Below are positions 38,313 through 48,932 of a DNA stretch of 64,000 nucleotides, one piece after another. Below the pieces are notes generated by a model that had not been told where the DNA came from, ran no database searches, and was given only the letters and a program-made list of their open reading frames with translations. Every line of letters begins with the position of its first letter. Positions within the stretch are counted from its first letter, which is position 1. Source of the stretch: Planctomycetota bacterium (GTDB lineage: Bacteria > Planctomycetota > UBA8108 > SXIK01); NCBI GenBank assembly GCA_965223265.1, contig OZ244999.1, forward strand, positions 4,800,001 through 4,864,000. Direction: 5' to 3'. A program made the position numbers and the translations under genes.

Positions 38313-39452
38313 ATGGCTTCCAAGCTCCGCACCCGCCACCATCGCATCGCAACTCTGCTCGTCGCGTTCGGACTTGTGGCAGGCGTGGCGATTGTGCCGT
38401 CCCTCTCGCAGGAACGACGCCCGACGACACGTCGGAGCACATCCGCGAAGGACAAAACGCGTCGCGACTTCAATGCCAATTGCCTCAGCTCGGGCTGTCA
38501 CGCTCAGCTCAAGGAGCACGAGCAAGTCCACGGCCCTGTCTCCATCGGCGCTTGCCAAGTTTGTCACGCCGCCGCCGGAGCGCAAGAGGACCACAAGTTC
38601 AAGCCGACACGGTCGCCGGCGGAGCAGTGCTCGTTTTGCCACCAGCCCGCCAGCAAGGGTGAGTCGATTCACAAGGTCTTCGCCGATCGCGACTGTCTTG
38701 CATGTCACGATCCGCACGGCGGATCCACCCGTGCCCTCCTCGTCACGACCGACCAATCAGCGCTCTGTAAGAAGTGTCACGAACCTAAAGCTCCCGGCAC
38801 CACCGAGGCCTCTCCTCAAGCGGCGACGGTCGAACAGACTTTTGAAAATCTGCACTATCAAGCAGGCGGGAAAGCGTGCCTCGACTGCCACCGCGCCCAT
38901 CAGTCAGAATTCGCCAGGCTTCTACACCAACGTGAAGATACGGCATGTTTCAGCTGTCACGATCGTTCCATCGCAAGGGCAAACCTGCCAAACGTCCGTG
39001 ACGTCAAGTCAGAGGTCGCGACCGCGAAGCACGTCCACAAGCCGATCGTAGAGGGCAAGTGCGCCGGCTGCCACGCCTCCCATTCCGTCGACAGCGCCCA
39101 CCTGTTGAAATCGACCTACACTTCAGAATTCTACATGCCGTTCTCAGACAGCGCTTATCGCCTCTGCTTTGAGTGCCATGACAAGTCGCTGGCGACGGAT
39201 GACCAAAGAAGCGCGACGTCATTTCGAGACGGCGCGCGAAATCTGCATGCCGTCCATGTCAACCGCGACAAGGGGAGGACCTGCGCAGTCTGCCACGACG
39301 CACATGCAAGTGCGCTACCGGGGTTGATCCGCCAGAGTGTTCCCTTCGGACCAGGCGGATGGCAACTCCCGATCGGTTTTGAAAAAACAACAACAGGTGG
39401 AACCTGCGCTTCTGGATGTCACAAAAAGATGAGTTACGACAACAGTAAGTAG
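38313..39452 (+). CDS. Periplasmic doubled-CXXCH multiheme cytochrome c (about 11 hemes)
   Basis: Nine CXXCH plus CLSSGCH and CASGCH; CHDPHGG, HKPIVEGKC, FRDGARNLH..HV, GRTCAVCHDAH, GGTCASGCH. Confidence 0.88.
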   Translation: MASKLRTRHHRIATLLVAFGLVAGVAIVPSLSQERRPTTRRSTSAKDKTRRDFNANCLSSGCHAQLKEHEQVHGPVSIGACQVCHAAAGAQEDHKFKPTRSPAEQCSFCHQPASKGESIHKVFADRDCLACHDPHGGSTRALLVTTDQSALCKKCHEPKAPGTTEASPQAATVEQTFENLHYQAGGKACLDCHRAHQSEFARLLHQREDTACFSCHDRSIARANLPNVRDVKSEVATAKHVHKPIVEGKCAGCHASHSVDSAHLLKSTYTSEFYMPFSDSAYRLCFECHDKSLATDDQRSATSFRDGARNLHAVHVNRDKGRTCAVCHDAHASALPGLIRQSVPFGPGGWQLPIGFEKTTTGGTCASGCHKKMSYDNSK

Positions 39453-39492
39453 CCGGTCTCGATTTCTCTCCGCGGCGACGACACTAGAAGCG

Positions 39493-41310
39493 ATGAGAAC
39501 ACCATTCCTCAGACGTTTTCTCCATCCGCTGGGCATCTTCGGTCTTCTATTCGTAGCGATAGGGTTCGGAGGTAGCGTTGTCGGGCTGGTCGTCGACCTT
39601 GTCACCGCCGAGGAACCGCGGCCCTATGAGGGCCTTCTGACCTTCTGCCTGTACCCGTGTGTCATGTTTTTTGGCATCGCGCTTCTGCTGCTGACCTTGT
39701 GGCTCGAGCGCCGGCGAGCCCGCAAACTCGAAGCGAAGCAGATCGATTGGCGGCCGCGGCTCGACCCACGCGTCAAGCGGCACCGGCGGCTCATTGCAGG
39801 GCTCGTCTTCACTGCATTGATGTTCCTTTCCTTGAGCATCGTCGGTGCGATCGGCGCGCTTCGATTCATGGAGTCGAATCGCTTCTGCGGGGAGATGTGC
39901 CACGCACCGATGGAGCCCCAACACGTCGCGCATCAGTTTTCTCCCCATGCGAACGTCGACTGTGTCCAATGTCACGTCGGTCCGGGAGCCGCGGCGTACG
40001 TCGAAGCCAAAGTCTCTGGTCTTCGCCAACTTTCCCAGATGCTAACGGACAGTTACCCACGTCCGATCCGTGCCCACCCCATGGACGTACCGAGTGCAGA
40101 CGCCACATGTATCGGCTGCCACTGGCGCGAGCGCTACCATGGAGAGCAGCTCAGTCAATACGTGCGATACGGATTCGACCTGAAGAACACGCGTCGCGCT
40201 GTACGACTCGTTCTGAACGTCGGCGGTGGAAATTCGACGTTCGGAGCGCGGCAAGGGATCCACTGGCATGCCAATCCTGAGAACCGTGTTTGGTTCCGGT
40301 CGACGGATCCTTTCCACCAGGAGATTCCATGGGTCAAGGTCGAACGCGCCGACGGAACAGTGGCTGTCTACAAGCGTCAGGATGCGAGCGCCGATGACGA
40401 TCCCGATGGCAGCGATGAGGCGATCCATTTGATGAGCTGTCGCGATTGCCACAACCGCCCGGCACATCGTTTCATGCTTCCGGACGACGCGGTCGACCTG
40501 GCGCTGGAGAGCGGTGGCATCGACCGTTCAATCCCGTCGATCAAGACCGTCGCGGTCAGCGCCCTCGGAAAGACCTACGCGACCGTCGACGAGGCGCTTT
40601 CTGGGATTCGCTCCGCCGTGGAGCAGTTCTATAGCGACACGCTTCCGTCCGTCCTCGCCACCCGGCGCGAGGAGATCGAACGTTCGATCGCTGCGCTTCA
40701 TGACATCTATCGAAGGAATGCTTTTCCCGAGATGAACGTGAACGGCTACACGTTTCCTGACAACTCTGGGCATCTCACATTTCCGGGTTGTCTTCGATGC
40801 CACGACGGCAAGCACACGTCCGACGACGGCACGGTTCTCTCCGGCGACTGCCAGCTCTGCCACCGCTTCGTGACGCGTTCACCTGAAGACGGCACGCTCC
40901 GCGAAGTGCCGACCGCGAGCGCCGTACTCCACCCGTTCAAACCAGAGCACCACGAGCAGATTGACTGCTGGACGTGCCACTCGGGTAGCACGACTCCCTA
41001 CGCCAGCTGTATGGAATGCCATCCCAACGCCACAAACGGACACGCGATGGCTTTTCAGTGCTCGATCTGTCACAAACCCGAGTCAACGGATCACGCCGCA
41101 TCGACCTGCGGTCCGTGCCATCCTCTGAGCGGATCGCCTCTGCACCAACACGCAGAGCATCGCGACTGCGTGAAATGTCACACTCCCCACGGATGGAATG
41201 CGGAAATTCCCGCAAGCTGCACGCCATGCCATGAAGAATCCCTCGATGCGAACGGATTCAAGGGTGTGGAGTCGACGTTCTACGGCTTGCCATCAAGAAC
41301 GCGTGGGTAA
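39493..41310 (+). CDS. Inner-membrane NapC/NirT-type (ImcH-like) multiheme cytochrome with extra C-terminal hemes
   Basis: Three N-terminal TM helices; FCGEMCH, SPHANVDCVQCHVGPGA, AKVSGLRQ, GIHWH, CRDCHNRPAH, CLRCHDGKH; 11 CXXCH plus one CX3CH. Confidence 0.85.
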   Translation: MRTPFLRRFLHPLGIFGLLFVAIGFGGSVVGLVVDLVTAEEPRPYEGLLTFCLYPCVMFFGIALLLLTLWLERRRARKLEAKQIDWRPRLDPRVKRHRRLIAGLVFTALMFLSLSIVGAIGALRFMESNRFCGEMCHAPMEPQHVAHQFSPHANVDCVQCHVGPGAAAYVEAKVSGLRQLSQMLTDSYPRPIRAHPMDVPSADATCIGCHWRERYHGEQLSQYVRYGFDLKNTRRAVRLVLNVGGGNSTFGARQGIHWHANPENRVWFRSTDPFHQEIPWVKVERADGTVAVYKRQDASADDDPDGSDEAIHLMSCRDCHNRPAHRFMLPDDAVDLALESGGIDRSIPSIKTVAVSALGKTYATVDEALSGIRSAVEQFYSDTLPSVLATRREEIERSIAALHDIYRRNAFPEMNVNGYTFPDNSGHLTFPGCLRCHDGKHTSDDGTVLSGDCQLCHRFVTRSPEDGTLREVPTASAVLHPFKPEHHEQIDCWTCHSGSTTPYASCMECHPNATNGHAMAFQCSICHKPESTDHAASTCGPCHPLSGSPLHQHAEHRDCVKCHTPHGWNAEIPASCTPCHEESLDANGFKGVESTFYGLPSRTRG

Positions 41311-41323
41311 TTTGAGCGCTGCC

Positions 41324-41353
41324 TTGACCTCACAACCGCCGCGCTCCTACCAT
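41324..41353 (+). promoter_or_regulatory. Candidate sigma70 promoter for the MtrC-like gene
   Basis: TTGACC-N18-TACCAT. Confidence 0.35.
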
Positions 41354-41437
41354 CGAAGGTAGACCGTCGAAAGGTTCGGAGCCCCCGGGATGGGGCAACC
41401 CCTCGGCTAATTGAGGCGAGAATGCGAGCAAAGAGAC

Positions 41438-43582
41438 ATGCCCGAACAGAGCCTTCATCGAACGATCTTTGCGCCGCGAGACGACGCGCGCGAGAGACGA
41501 ACTTCATGGTCGAAGAACTCATGGACGACTCGGTGCGCAGCTCTCTTGACACTCACGGTGGCGATTGGCTGCAGCGAGGACACGGAGAGGATCACGAACG
41601 TCACCGTCGAGTCGGATGCATCGCTTGGCGCTGGCCTGGAGATGACCATCCATTCGGTCGAGATCAGTAGCAACCCTGGTGTCGTCGTCGAGTTCAGCCT
41701 TGCGAGCGACGAGGGTCCGCTCTCCCTGTCCGATCTCGATTCCAACCCGCGCTTCGTTTTGGCCTACATCGACGTCGATCCCGTCTCGGGTCTGTCGCGT
41801 TACCAAGCTTATACGGTCGCCGATGTCGCAGGGGAAGAGTTCGTCTTCGAAGGCGAGGTCCGACAACCAGCTCTCGAGGAAGCCCCGCAGGTCGTGTCGG
41901 ACTCAGGAGGGGTGTTCGAAGAGCTCGGCGACGGCAACTTGCGCTACACCTTCGGTACGGAGTTGCCGAACGATTTCGATCGCAGCGCCACGCACACACT
42001 GGCTGCTTGGGTTTCGCGGCAGAATCGACAACTGGTGTCAAATCCAGTTTTCTCGTTTGTCCCCGGCGGTGGGCCCGTGACACTGACGCGTGAGATCGCG
42101 CCCACGGCGGCGTGCAATTCATGCCACGATCCGCTGGCGATCCATGGTGGCACCCGACGCGCGATGGGACTTTGCGTGGTCTGTCATACCGACCAGACCG
42201 TTGACCCCGAAACAGGTGAGAATCTGGAACTTTCGCAGCTGGTCCACAAGATTCATCGCGGCGGGCAGCTTGCCGTCAAACCGTACTTCGTCGTCGGTTT
42301 TCGTCAGAGCGTCCACGATTACTCGGATCTCGGCTACCCACAAGACAGCCGCAACTGCACAACTTGCCATCAAGAAGACGGGGCCGACGCCGATCACTGG
42401 CGGCTGCACCCCTCACGTGCAGCGTGTGGATCGTGCCATGATGAGATCGACTTCGAGACGGGCGAGAACCATCTCGGCATCCAACAATTCGACGACATCT
42501 TCTGCACCAACTGTCACCGCGGCGAACAGGTTGTCGAGTTTGACAACAGCGTGCCGGGAGCACACGTCGTGCCCTACTTCAGCTCAGCGAATCCAGATCT
42601 GACGCTGGCGATCACTGATGTGATGAACATGACGCCGGGGAACCAGCCAAGCGTGCGTTTCACGATCACGGACGTCTCCGGCCCTGTGGACATCGCGAGC
42701 CTCAGCAGCATCTCGATGCTGTTTGCCGGTCCGACAACAGACTACAGTCAAATCATTGGGGACCATCGCTTTTCCATCAGCGGCACGGGCTTGATGGAGA
42801 ACGCTGTCGGCGACTACACTTTCGCACCGGACGGGTATCTTCTCCCGATCGATGCCAACGGCACTTGGAGCATCGGCATGGAGGCGCGCACAAACGCAAT
42901 TGCAGTAGGCGCACCAGGCGACACTGAGGACATCCGTTTCGGCGCGAACAACCCGGTCGTCCACATCGACGTTGCCGATGGAACCCTCGGGGGTGGCTCT
43001 CCGCTGGCGCGGCGAGCGATTGTCGACGAGGCCGCCTGTCAACGCTGCCATGAGAATATTCTGGAGCACGGCAATCTTCGGACCGACCTCGAGTATTGTC
43101 TCCTGTGCCACAACCTCTGGGCGACCGACGAGAGCCGGCGCCCCGGTGTCGACGCGATCTCAAACCCACCGGAGAGTGTCGACTTCAAGCTCATGATTCA
43201 CCGCATCCACACCGGCGAGGAACTCGAGAACCCTTATGTCGTTTTCGGCTTCGGCGGGACGGAGCACTCCTACAACGACGTTCGATATCCAGGCGATCGA
43301 CGCAACTGTGAGGCCTGTCACACCGCATCGACGGAGTCCTTGCCGCTGCCGGCGACCACTGGGCCGACCGTGGTTCACATAGGCGGCGTGCCGCTCGATC
43401 TCCCGACCGCGATCCGCACGCCGGCAACGAGCGCATGCACGGGTTGCCACGACGGCGAGGCCGCGTTCACCCACGCGCGTCTCAATTCGATCGTCGTCGA
43501 CGAGACAGACGCTTCGGAGAGCTGTAGCGTCTGCCATGGGAGTGGGCGATCTGAAGCGGTCGACGATGTGCATGCCCGATGA
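41438..43582 (+). CDS. OmcA/MtrC-family decaheme cytochrome c lipoprotein
   Basis: VAIGC lipobox; two beta domains alternating with two pentaheme domains: CNSCH..HGG.R, CVVCH, LVHKIH, YPQ..CTTCH, CGSCH, CTNCH, CQRCH, CLLCH, MIHRIH, CEACH, CTGCH, CSVCHG. Confidence 0.9.
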   Translation: MPEQSLHRTIFAPRDDARERRTSWSKNSWTTRCAALLTLTVAIGCSEDTERITNVTVESDASLGAGLEMTIHSVEISSNPGVVVEFSLASDEGPLSLSDLDSNPRFVLAYIDVDPVSGLSRYQAYTVADVAGEEFVFEGEVRQPALEEAPQVVSDSGGVFEELGDGNLRYTFGTELPNDFDRSATHTLAAWVSRQNRQLVSNPVFSFVPGGGPVTLTREIAPTAACNSCHDPLAIHGGTRRAMGLCVVCHTDQTVDPETGENLELSQLVHKIHRGGQLAVKPYFVVGFRQSVHDYSDLGYPQDSRNCTTCHQEDGADADHWRLHPSRAACGSCHDEIDFETGENHLGIQQFDDIFCTNCHRGEQVVEFDNSVPGAHVVPYFSSANPDLTLAITDVMNMTPGNQPSVRFTITDVSGPVDIASLSSISMLFAGPTTDYSQIIGDHRFSISGTGLMENAVGDYTFAPDGYLLPIDANGTWSIGMEARTNAIAVGAPGDTEDIRFGANNPVVHIDVADGTLGGGSPLARRAIVDEAACQRCHENILEHGNLRTDLEYCLLCHNLWATDESRRPGVDAISNPPESVDFKLMIHRIHTGEELENPYVVFGFGGTEHSYNDVRYPGDRRNCEACHTASTESLPLPATTGPTVVHIGGVPLDLPTAIRTPATSACTGCHDGEAAFTHARLNSIVVDETDASESCSVCHGSGRSEAVDDVHAR

Positions 43583-43620
43583 AACGATTTTTTTGCTAAC
43601 GCCAACGAACAGGGGAATTG

Positions 43621-43995
43621 ATGAGTGAATCGACCAGTCTCTATGCGCGTCTCGGTGGCTACGACGCCATCGCAGCCGTCACCGAAAACCTGCTGCAACG
43701 TCTCATGTCGGATCAGCTTCTCGGTCGCTTTTGGGCTCATCGTGGCGCTGACGGTCTGCGACGCGAGAAGCAGCTGCTGATCGATTTTCTCTGCGCGTCC
43801 GCAGGCGGCCCCCTCCTCTACACCGGCCGCGACATGAAGGTGTCCCACGAAGGCATGCGCATCAGCGAGGCCGATTGGTCGGCCTTCATAGGCCACGTCG
43901 AGGCCACGCTCGATCATTTCGAGGTCCCATCGACCGAGCGCGGCGAGGTACTCGCGTTCGTCGACAGCACGAAGGCCGACATCGTCGAGGTGTGA
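43621..43995 (+). CDS. Group I truncated hemoglobin (GlbN-like)
   Basis: SLYARLGGYDAI, QLLIDFLCASAGGPLLYTGRDMKVSHEGMRI. Confidence 0.9.
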   Translation: MSESTSLYARLGGYDAIAAVTENLLQRLMSDQLLGRFWAHRGADGLRREKQLLIDFLCASAGGPLLYTGRDMKVSHEGMRISEADWSAFIGHVEATLDHFEVPSTERGEVLAFVDSTKADIVEV

Positions 43996-44067
43996 GGGCA
44001 GGGCGAGCTGCGTTAGCGTTCAGCTTGTGCTCAGCACCTGACGCCAATCCGTGCGCCGAAGGTCAAG

Positions 44068-46803
44068 TCAGCGGCAAGAACTAAAGGTGCTACAAGCCAG
44101 GCCATCAGGTGTCGTGTCGAGCCCGCAGTGATCGAATGGCGCCGCCGGCACCGGGCCGGATTGAAAGAGGTAAGACAAGAGCGCGAGTGCGTCGTCAAAA
44201 TTGATCGCACCGTTGTCGTCGACGTCGACCGCTCGCGCGCAGGCAAATCCCTCCCCGGCGAAGAGCACTCGCAGGATGCGAATCGGGTCCGCGATGTTGT
44301 GGCGACCATCATCGTTCGCGTCGCCGCGCTGAAACGCACCTTCCTGACAGCGGTCAAGCGTGCCGTCGGCATCGCTGTCGAGACTGAGCGGTGACGATAA
44401 GAACCTCAGAACGGAGAGACTGCTCCCGGCCGCCACCATGACCGCGCCGGTGCCGGCTCCATCGAGCCCCAAGGAATCGACCCAAAGCGGAAAATCACCA
44501 ACGACACGAGACTTCGATTCAGTGAGAGCGCCGGTACCGTCATTGACCAGAACGACGAGCTCGCTCCCCAAGACTTGAACGTCATAGTCGAACCGCTCGG
44601 TGCTAGCCCGTGCCACGTCGATGTCACCGTCGGAATCGAAGTCACCGATAGCGATCGAACTTGCCACGAACGGATCCTCATACACAGCGCCTTCCACGAA
44701 CTCATAACCCTCGCGCTGAAACAGCACGGACGTCGCGCCGATGGTTGTATTGTCGCGAGAAAAAGAACGATCGAGAACGACGTCGTCTTTGCCGTCATGG
44801 TCGAAGTCGCCGACTCTCAGATCTCTCAAAGACCCTCCTACGGGCGAAGAGTCAACTGCCAACGCGACCTCCCGTCCATCATTGCGTAGGAACGCGAGTT
44901 TCGCCCCGCCAACGACGAGGTCGAGGAATCGATCGCCGTCGAGCTGGATCTTCTCGACGAAGAGGGGATGAAAACTGAAGTCGGCGGCGTACAGCTCTTC
45001 GAACTCCCCTTGGCCTCGATGCGTGAGAACGACGAGCGACGAATCGCGGGCGTCAGGCCTGATGACAAAGTCATCGCGGCCGTCCAGATTGAGGTCTAAC
45101 ACGTGAAGCATCCAACCAGGAAGCGTAAAAGATTGCTGCTGAGAATACTCGAATCGCCCGGTGGAAACGAACGCGATCATATCGCGAGAAGACGACTGGA
45201 CGATCAGGTCGGCACGCCCGTCGGCGTCGAGGTCTCCGGTCCGAGCAGTCGCGATCTCGACTGCCGATTCCCCATCGAAAACGCGCTCAAGCCCAGCGGC
45301 GCCGCGATTCTCGTAGACCTGAAGGCGCTGGCGATCTGGCACAACGAAAGCGTCTCTGTCGCCGTCGGCGTCGAGATCTCCAGCCATCGCCGCCACGGGC
45401 CAGTACTGCGGCGTTTCGGTGTCGAGGAAATGGGGGTAAACGTCCCGCCCGAACGCCGCCGATCTCGGACTCCCCATGAGAAACGCAACGGTTCCGGCTT
45501 TCGGGAGGGTGACGGCGAGGTCGACGAGTCCGTCCCCGTTGAGGTCGCATGCATCGAGGTCGGAAGGTACTTCAGTCGCAACGTTCAGCCTCTGGAGCAG
45601 CGTGAAACGGGCAGCGCCGTCGTTCGCCCAAATCGTCACGAAGGTATCACGAATGAGGATGGCATCTTCAGTCCCATCACCATTGACGTCCCCTAGAGCA
45701 ACCGAACTACTGTTCGATTCCATGGGAAAACGGCCCAGCATGAGCCCGGGTCGCAAATGGTCTACGTTTGTGTAGGTGCTCTCGCCAGTGCGCAGGAAGA
45801 CGAGTCCGTCACCGGTCACCACGTCGAGCCAAGAGTCGCCGTTGAGATCTGCGATTTCGACGCCATATCCGATCACGAGGTCCAGTTCACCCGCCGGTGC
45901 AAAGTCGAAGCCAACACGATTCGCGAAGACGGTGCCAAAGCCGTGCTCGATAGCAATCAAATCAGGCAGTTGATCGTTGTCCATGTCAGCAGCGGTGAGC
46001 CAACCCCCGTGCGCAGCAGCACGTTGAGGCGACAGGAATCGCCCCCCTCCAGCGCCTGGCAGGATCCACAATGCACCGCGAGCGCCGACGGCGAGATCGA
46101 CGACTGTGTCCTCGTTGAAATCAGCCGCGACCGCCGAGATCGCCCGAAACGTCAATTGAATTTCAACGACCTTCTCGAACGTGCGCGCGGCGGACTGTCG
46201 CATCAGGATCGCGCGCGTCGTGCGCACGGCCGGCTGAAAAAGGATCAGATCCTGTCGGTCATCGCCATCGAAGTCGACGGTCACAGAAAAACGGCTGACG
46301 ACGGGAATGCGTGTCGTCGAACCGAATCGGCCCTCGGAGTGCCCCCAGAAAACGACCATTCCCGAACGTGTGCTCGCGATGAGATCCGCTTCACCGTCGC
46401 CGTTGAGGTCGTCGACCGTTGAGATGTCGACTCCGTCGACGTCCACGCTCTCCGATTCGAAGGCGCGGAACCGCGGCGTGGATTCACACTCATCCGGAAA
46501 TCGATCGTCGTTGCAGTCAGCCGCCGTTCCGGCGGCGATCTCACAGGCGTCGACGCGGCCGTCGTTGTTACAATCGGCAACGGAGAGCTCACACTCGTCG
46601 AGGACGCCGTTCAGGTCGCAGTCGACGCTTGAGTCCTCTACAATCTCGCAGGCGTCAAGTATCCGGTTGTGATTGCAATCGTCCGCGACCGATGGCGCCG
46701 CCCCCATGCTGCAGTCGGCACCGAGTACGACGCCTGCCGGGCGCATCCCGATGAGGACAGGGTTTGCGATGGCAACGATCGTCAGAGTCAGTGCGACGCG
46801 CAT
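44068..46803 (-). CDS. Secreted FG-GAP/VCBS-repeat protein with Cys-rich DCN repeats and C-terminal dockerin
   Basis: N-terminal DC(N/D)xNxxxDxCE-type repeats, many DLNGDG..DL repeats, FQRGDANDDG..DVDDNG dockerin. Confidence 0.85.
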   Translation of the reverse strand: MRVALTLTIVAIANPVLIGMRPAGVVLGADCSMGAAPSVADDCNHNRILDACEIVEDSSVDCDLNGVLDECELSVADCNNDGRVDACEIAAGTAADCNDDRFPDECESTPRFRAFESESVDVDGVDISTVDDLNGDGEADLIASTRSGMVVFWGHSEGRFGSTTRIPVVSRFSVTVDFDGDDRQDLILFQPAVRTTRAILMRQSAARTFEKVVEIQLTFRAISAVAADFNEDTVVDLAVGARGALWILPGAGGGRFLSPQRAAAHGGWLTAADMDNDQLPDLIAIEHGFGTVFANRVGFDFAPAGELDLVIGYGVEIADLNGDSWLDVVTGDGLVFLRTGESTYTNVDHLRPGLMLGRFPMESNSSSVALGDVNGDGTEDAILIRDTFVTIWANDGAARFTLLQRLNVATEVPSDLDACDLNGDGLVDLAVTLPKAGTVAFLMGSPRSAAFGRDVYPHFLDTETPQYWPVAAMAGDLDADGDRDAFVVPDRQRLQVYENRGAAGLERVFDGESAVEIATARTGDLDADGRADLIVQSSSRDMIAFVSTGRFEYSQQQSFTLPGWMLHVLDLNLDGRDDFVIRPDARDSSLVVLTHRGQGEFEELYAADFSFHPLFVEKIQLDGDRFLDLVVGGAKLAFLRNDGREVALAVDSSPVGGSLRDLRVGDFDHDGKDDVVLDRSFSRDNTTIGATSVLFQREGYEFVEGAVYEDPFVASSIAIGDFDSDGDIDVARASTERFDYDVQVLGSELVVLVNDGTGALTESKSRVVGDFPLWVDSLGLDGAGTGAVMVAAGSSLSVLRFLSSPLSLDSDADGTLDRCQEGAFQRGDANDDGRHNIADPIRILRVLFAGEGFACARAVDVDDNGAINFDDALALLSYLFQSGPVPAAPFDHCGLDTTPDGLACSTFSSCR

Positions 46804-46959
46804 GGTTGGGTTCCTCGCGTCCCAGGGGAACTACCCGGTGCCCACGGCCAAACCGGCCACAAAAGACTTCTTCTCGCGAGCTTGATGCCTCCAGGCTCTT
46901 TCCTCTACGATAAACCCGAGTCCAAACTTTTCATCCCAGTTTCTCGTGAGTACAGCACC

Positions 46960-48288
<1,329 letters not shown>

Positions 48289-48393
48289 GTGTCGGACAGA
48301 GTGGATTGTCGGCGGAGATCGTGTGCGACTCGGTCCATGGGCCGAGTCGCGTGCGATCAAAGAACGCCCCATTTCTGCTCCCGAGATGGTGAT

Positions 48394-48527
48394 CGTTCGA
48401 CCAGCTCCTCGACCGTCACCGCGCCTTCATGGCAGGCTGGAGGTCGATCCTCGTCGAGGACGGACGCCCCGTGCGCCTCGACGCCGTGCCCGCGGACTGG
48501 CAGTCGCCCGTCGAGCTGCCGAACCAA
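48394..48527 (+). repeat. 134-bp exact inverted copy of 50081-50214 (oxidoreductase 3' fragment)
   Basis: CGTTCGACCAGCTCC...GCTGCCGAACCAA is the reverse complement of 50081-50214; both encode FDQLLDRHRAFMAGWRSILVEDGRPVRLDAVPADWQSPVELPNQ. Confidence 0.9.
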
Positions 48528-48932
48528 CGGAGCTGGCAGCAACTCGCTCGAATCGAAGCCATCCAGCCGGATACGGATGATAGTTGCTTACGCCCTGCTG
48601 AAGCGGTGAAATCATTGAGCCTGGATATCGCAAAAGGGGAACACGGCAAGAAAACCTGCCGCGTTCGGCGTCAAGATCACACCGCGCAGAGCGAACAGAT
48701 CGTGAAACGTTGACGCAGTTCGTTCATGACGGCTCCTTTCCTGACAATGGTTGAGCCATCATCGGAAGACATTCTACACCTCCCCATAGTCAGAGTCGCG
48801 GAAGCTCGCAGCTGGGTAACGCCCTTGGTACAATCTTCTGCGTCAAGGCGGAGGGTGACCCTCGACGTGAAGTTCTGGCGCGTCGTGCAAACGCGCACTC
48901 ATCTCGACGAGGTGTTGGCGAGCGGCAGGCAT

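Noticed and set aside
41354-41437. Definite c-di-GMP-I (GEMM) riboswitch call
   Set aside because: It lacks the GACGCAAAG junction and a recognisable P3; kept only as a weak finding.
48429-48713. Stand-alone 94-aa gene
   Set aside because: Its first 33 residues are the duplicated oxidoreductase fragment; no independent RBS or domain is evident.
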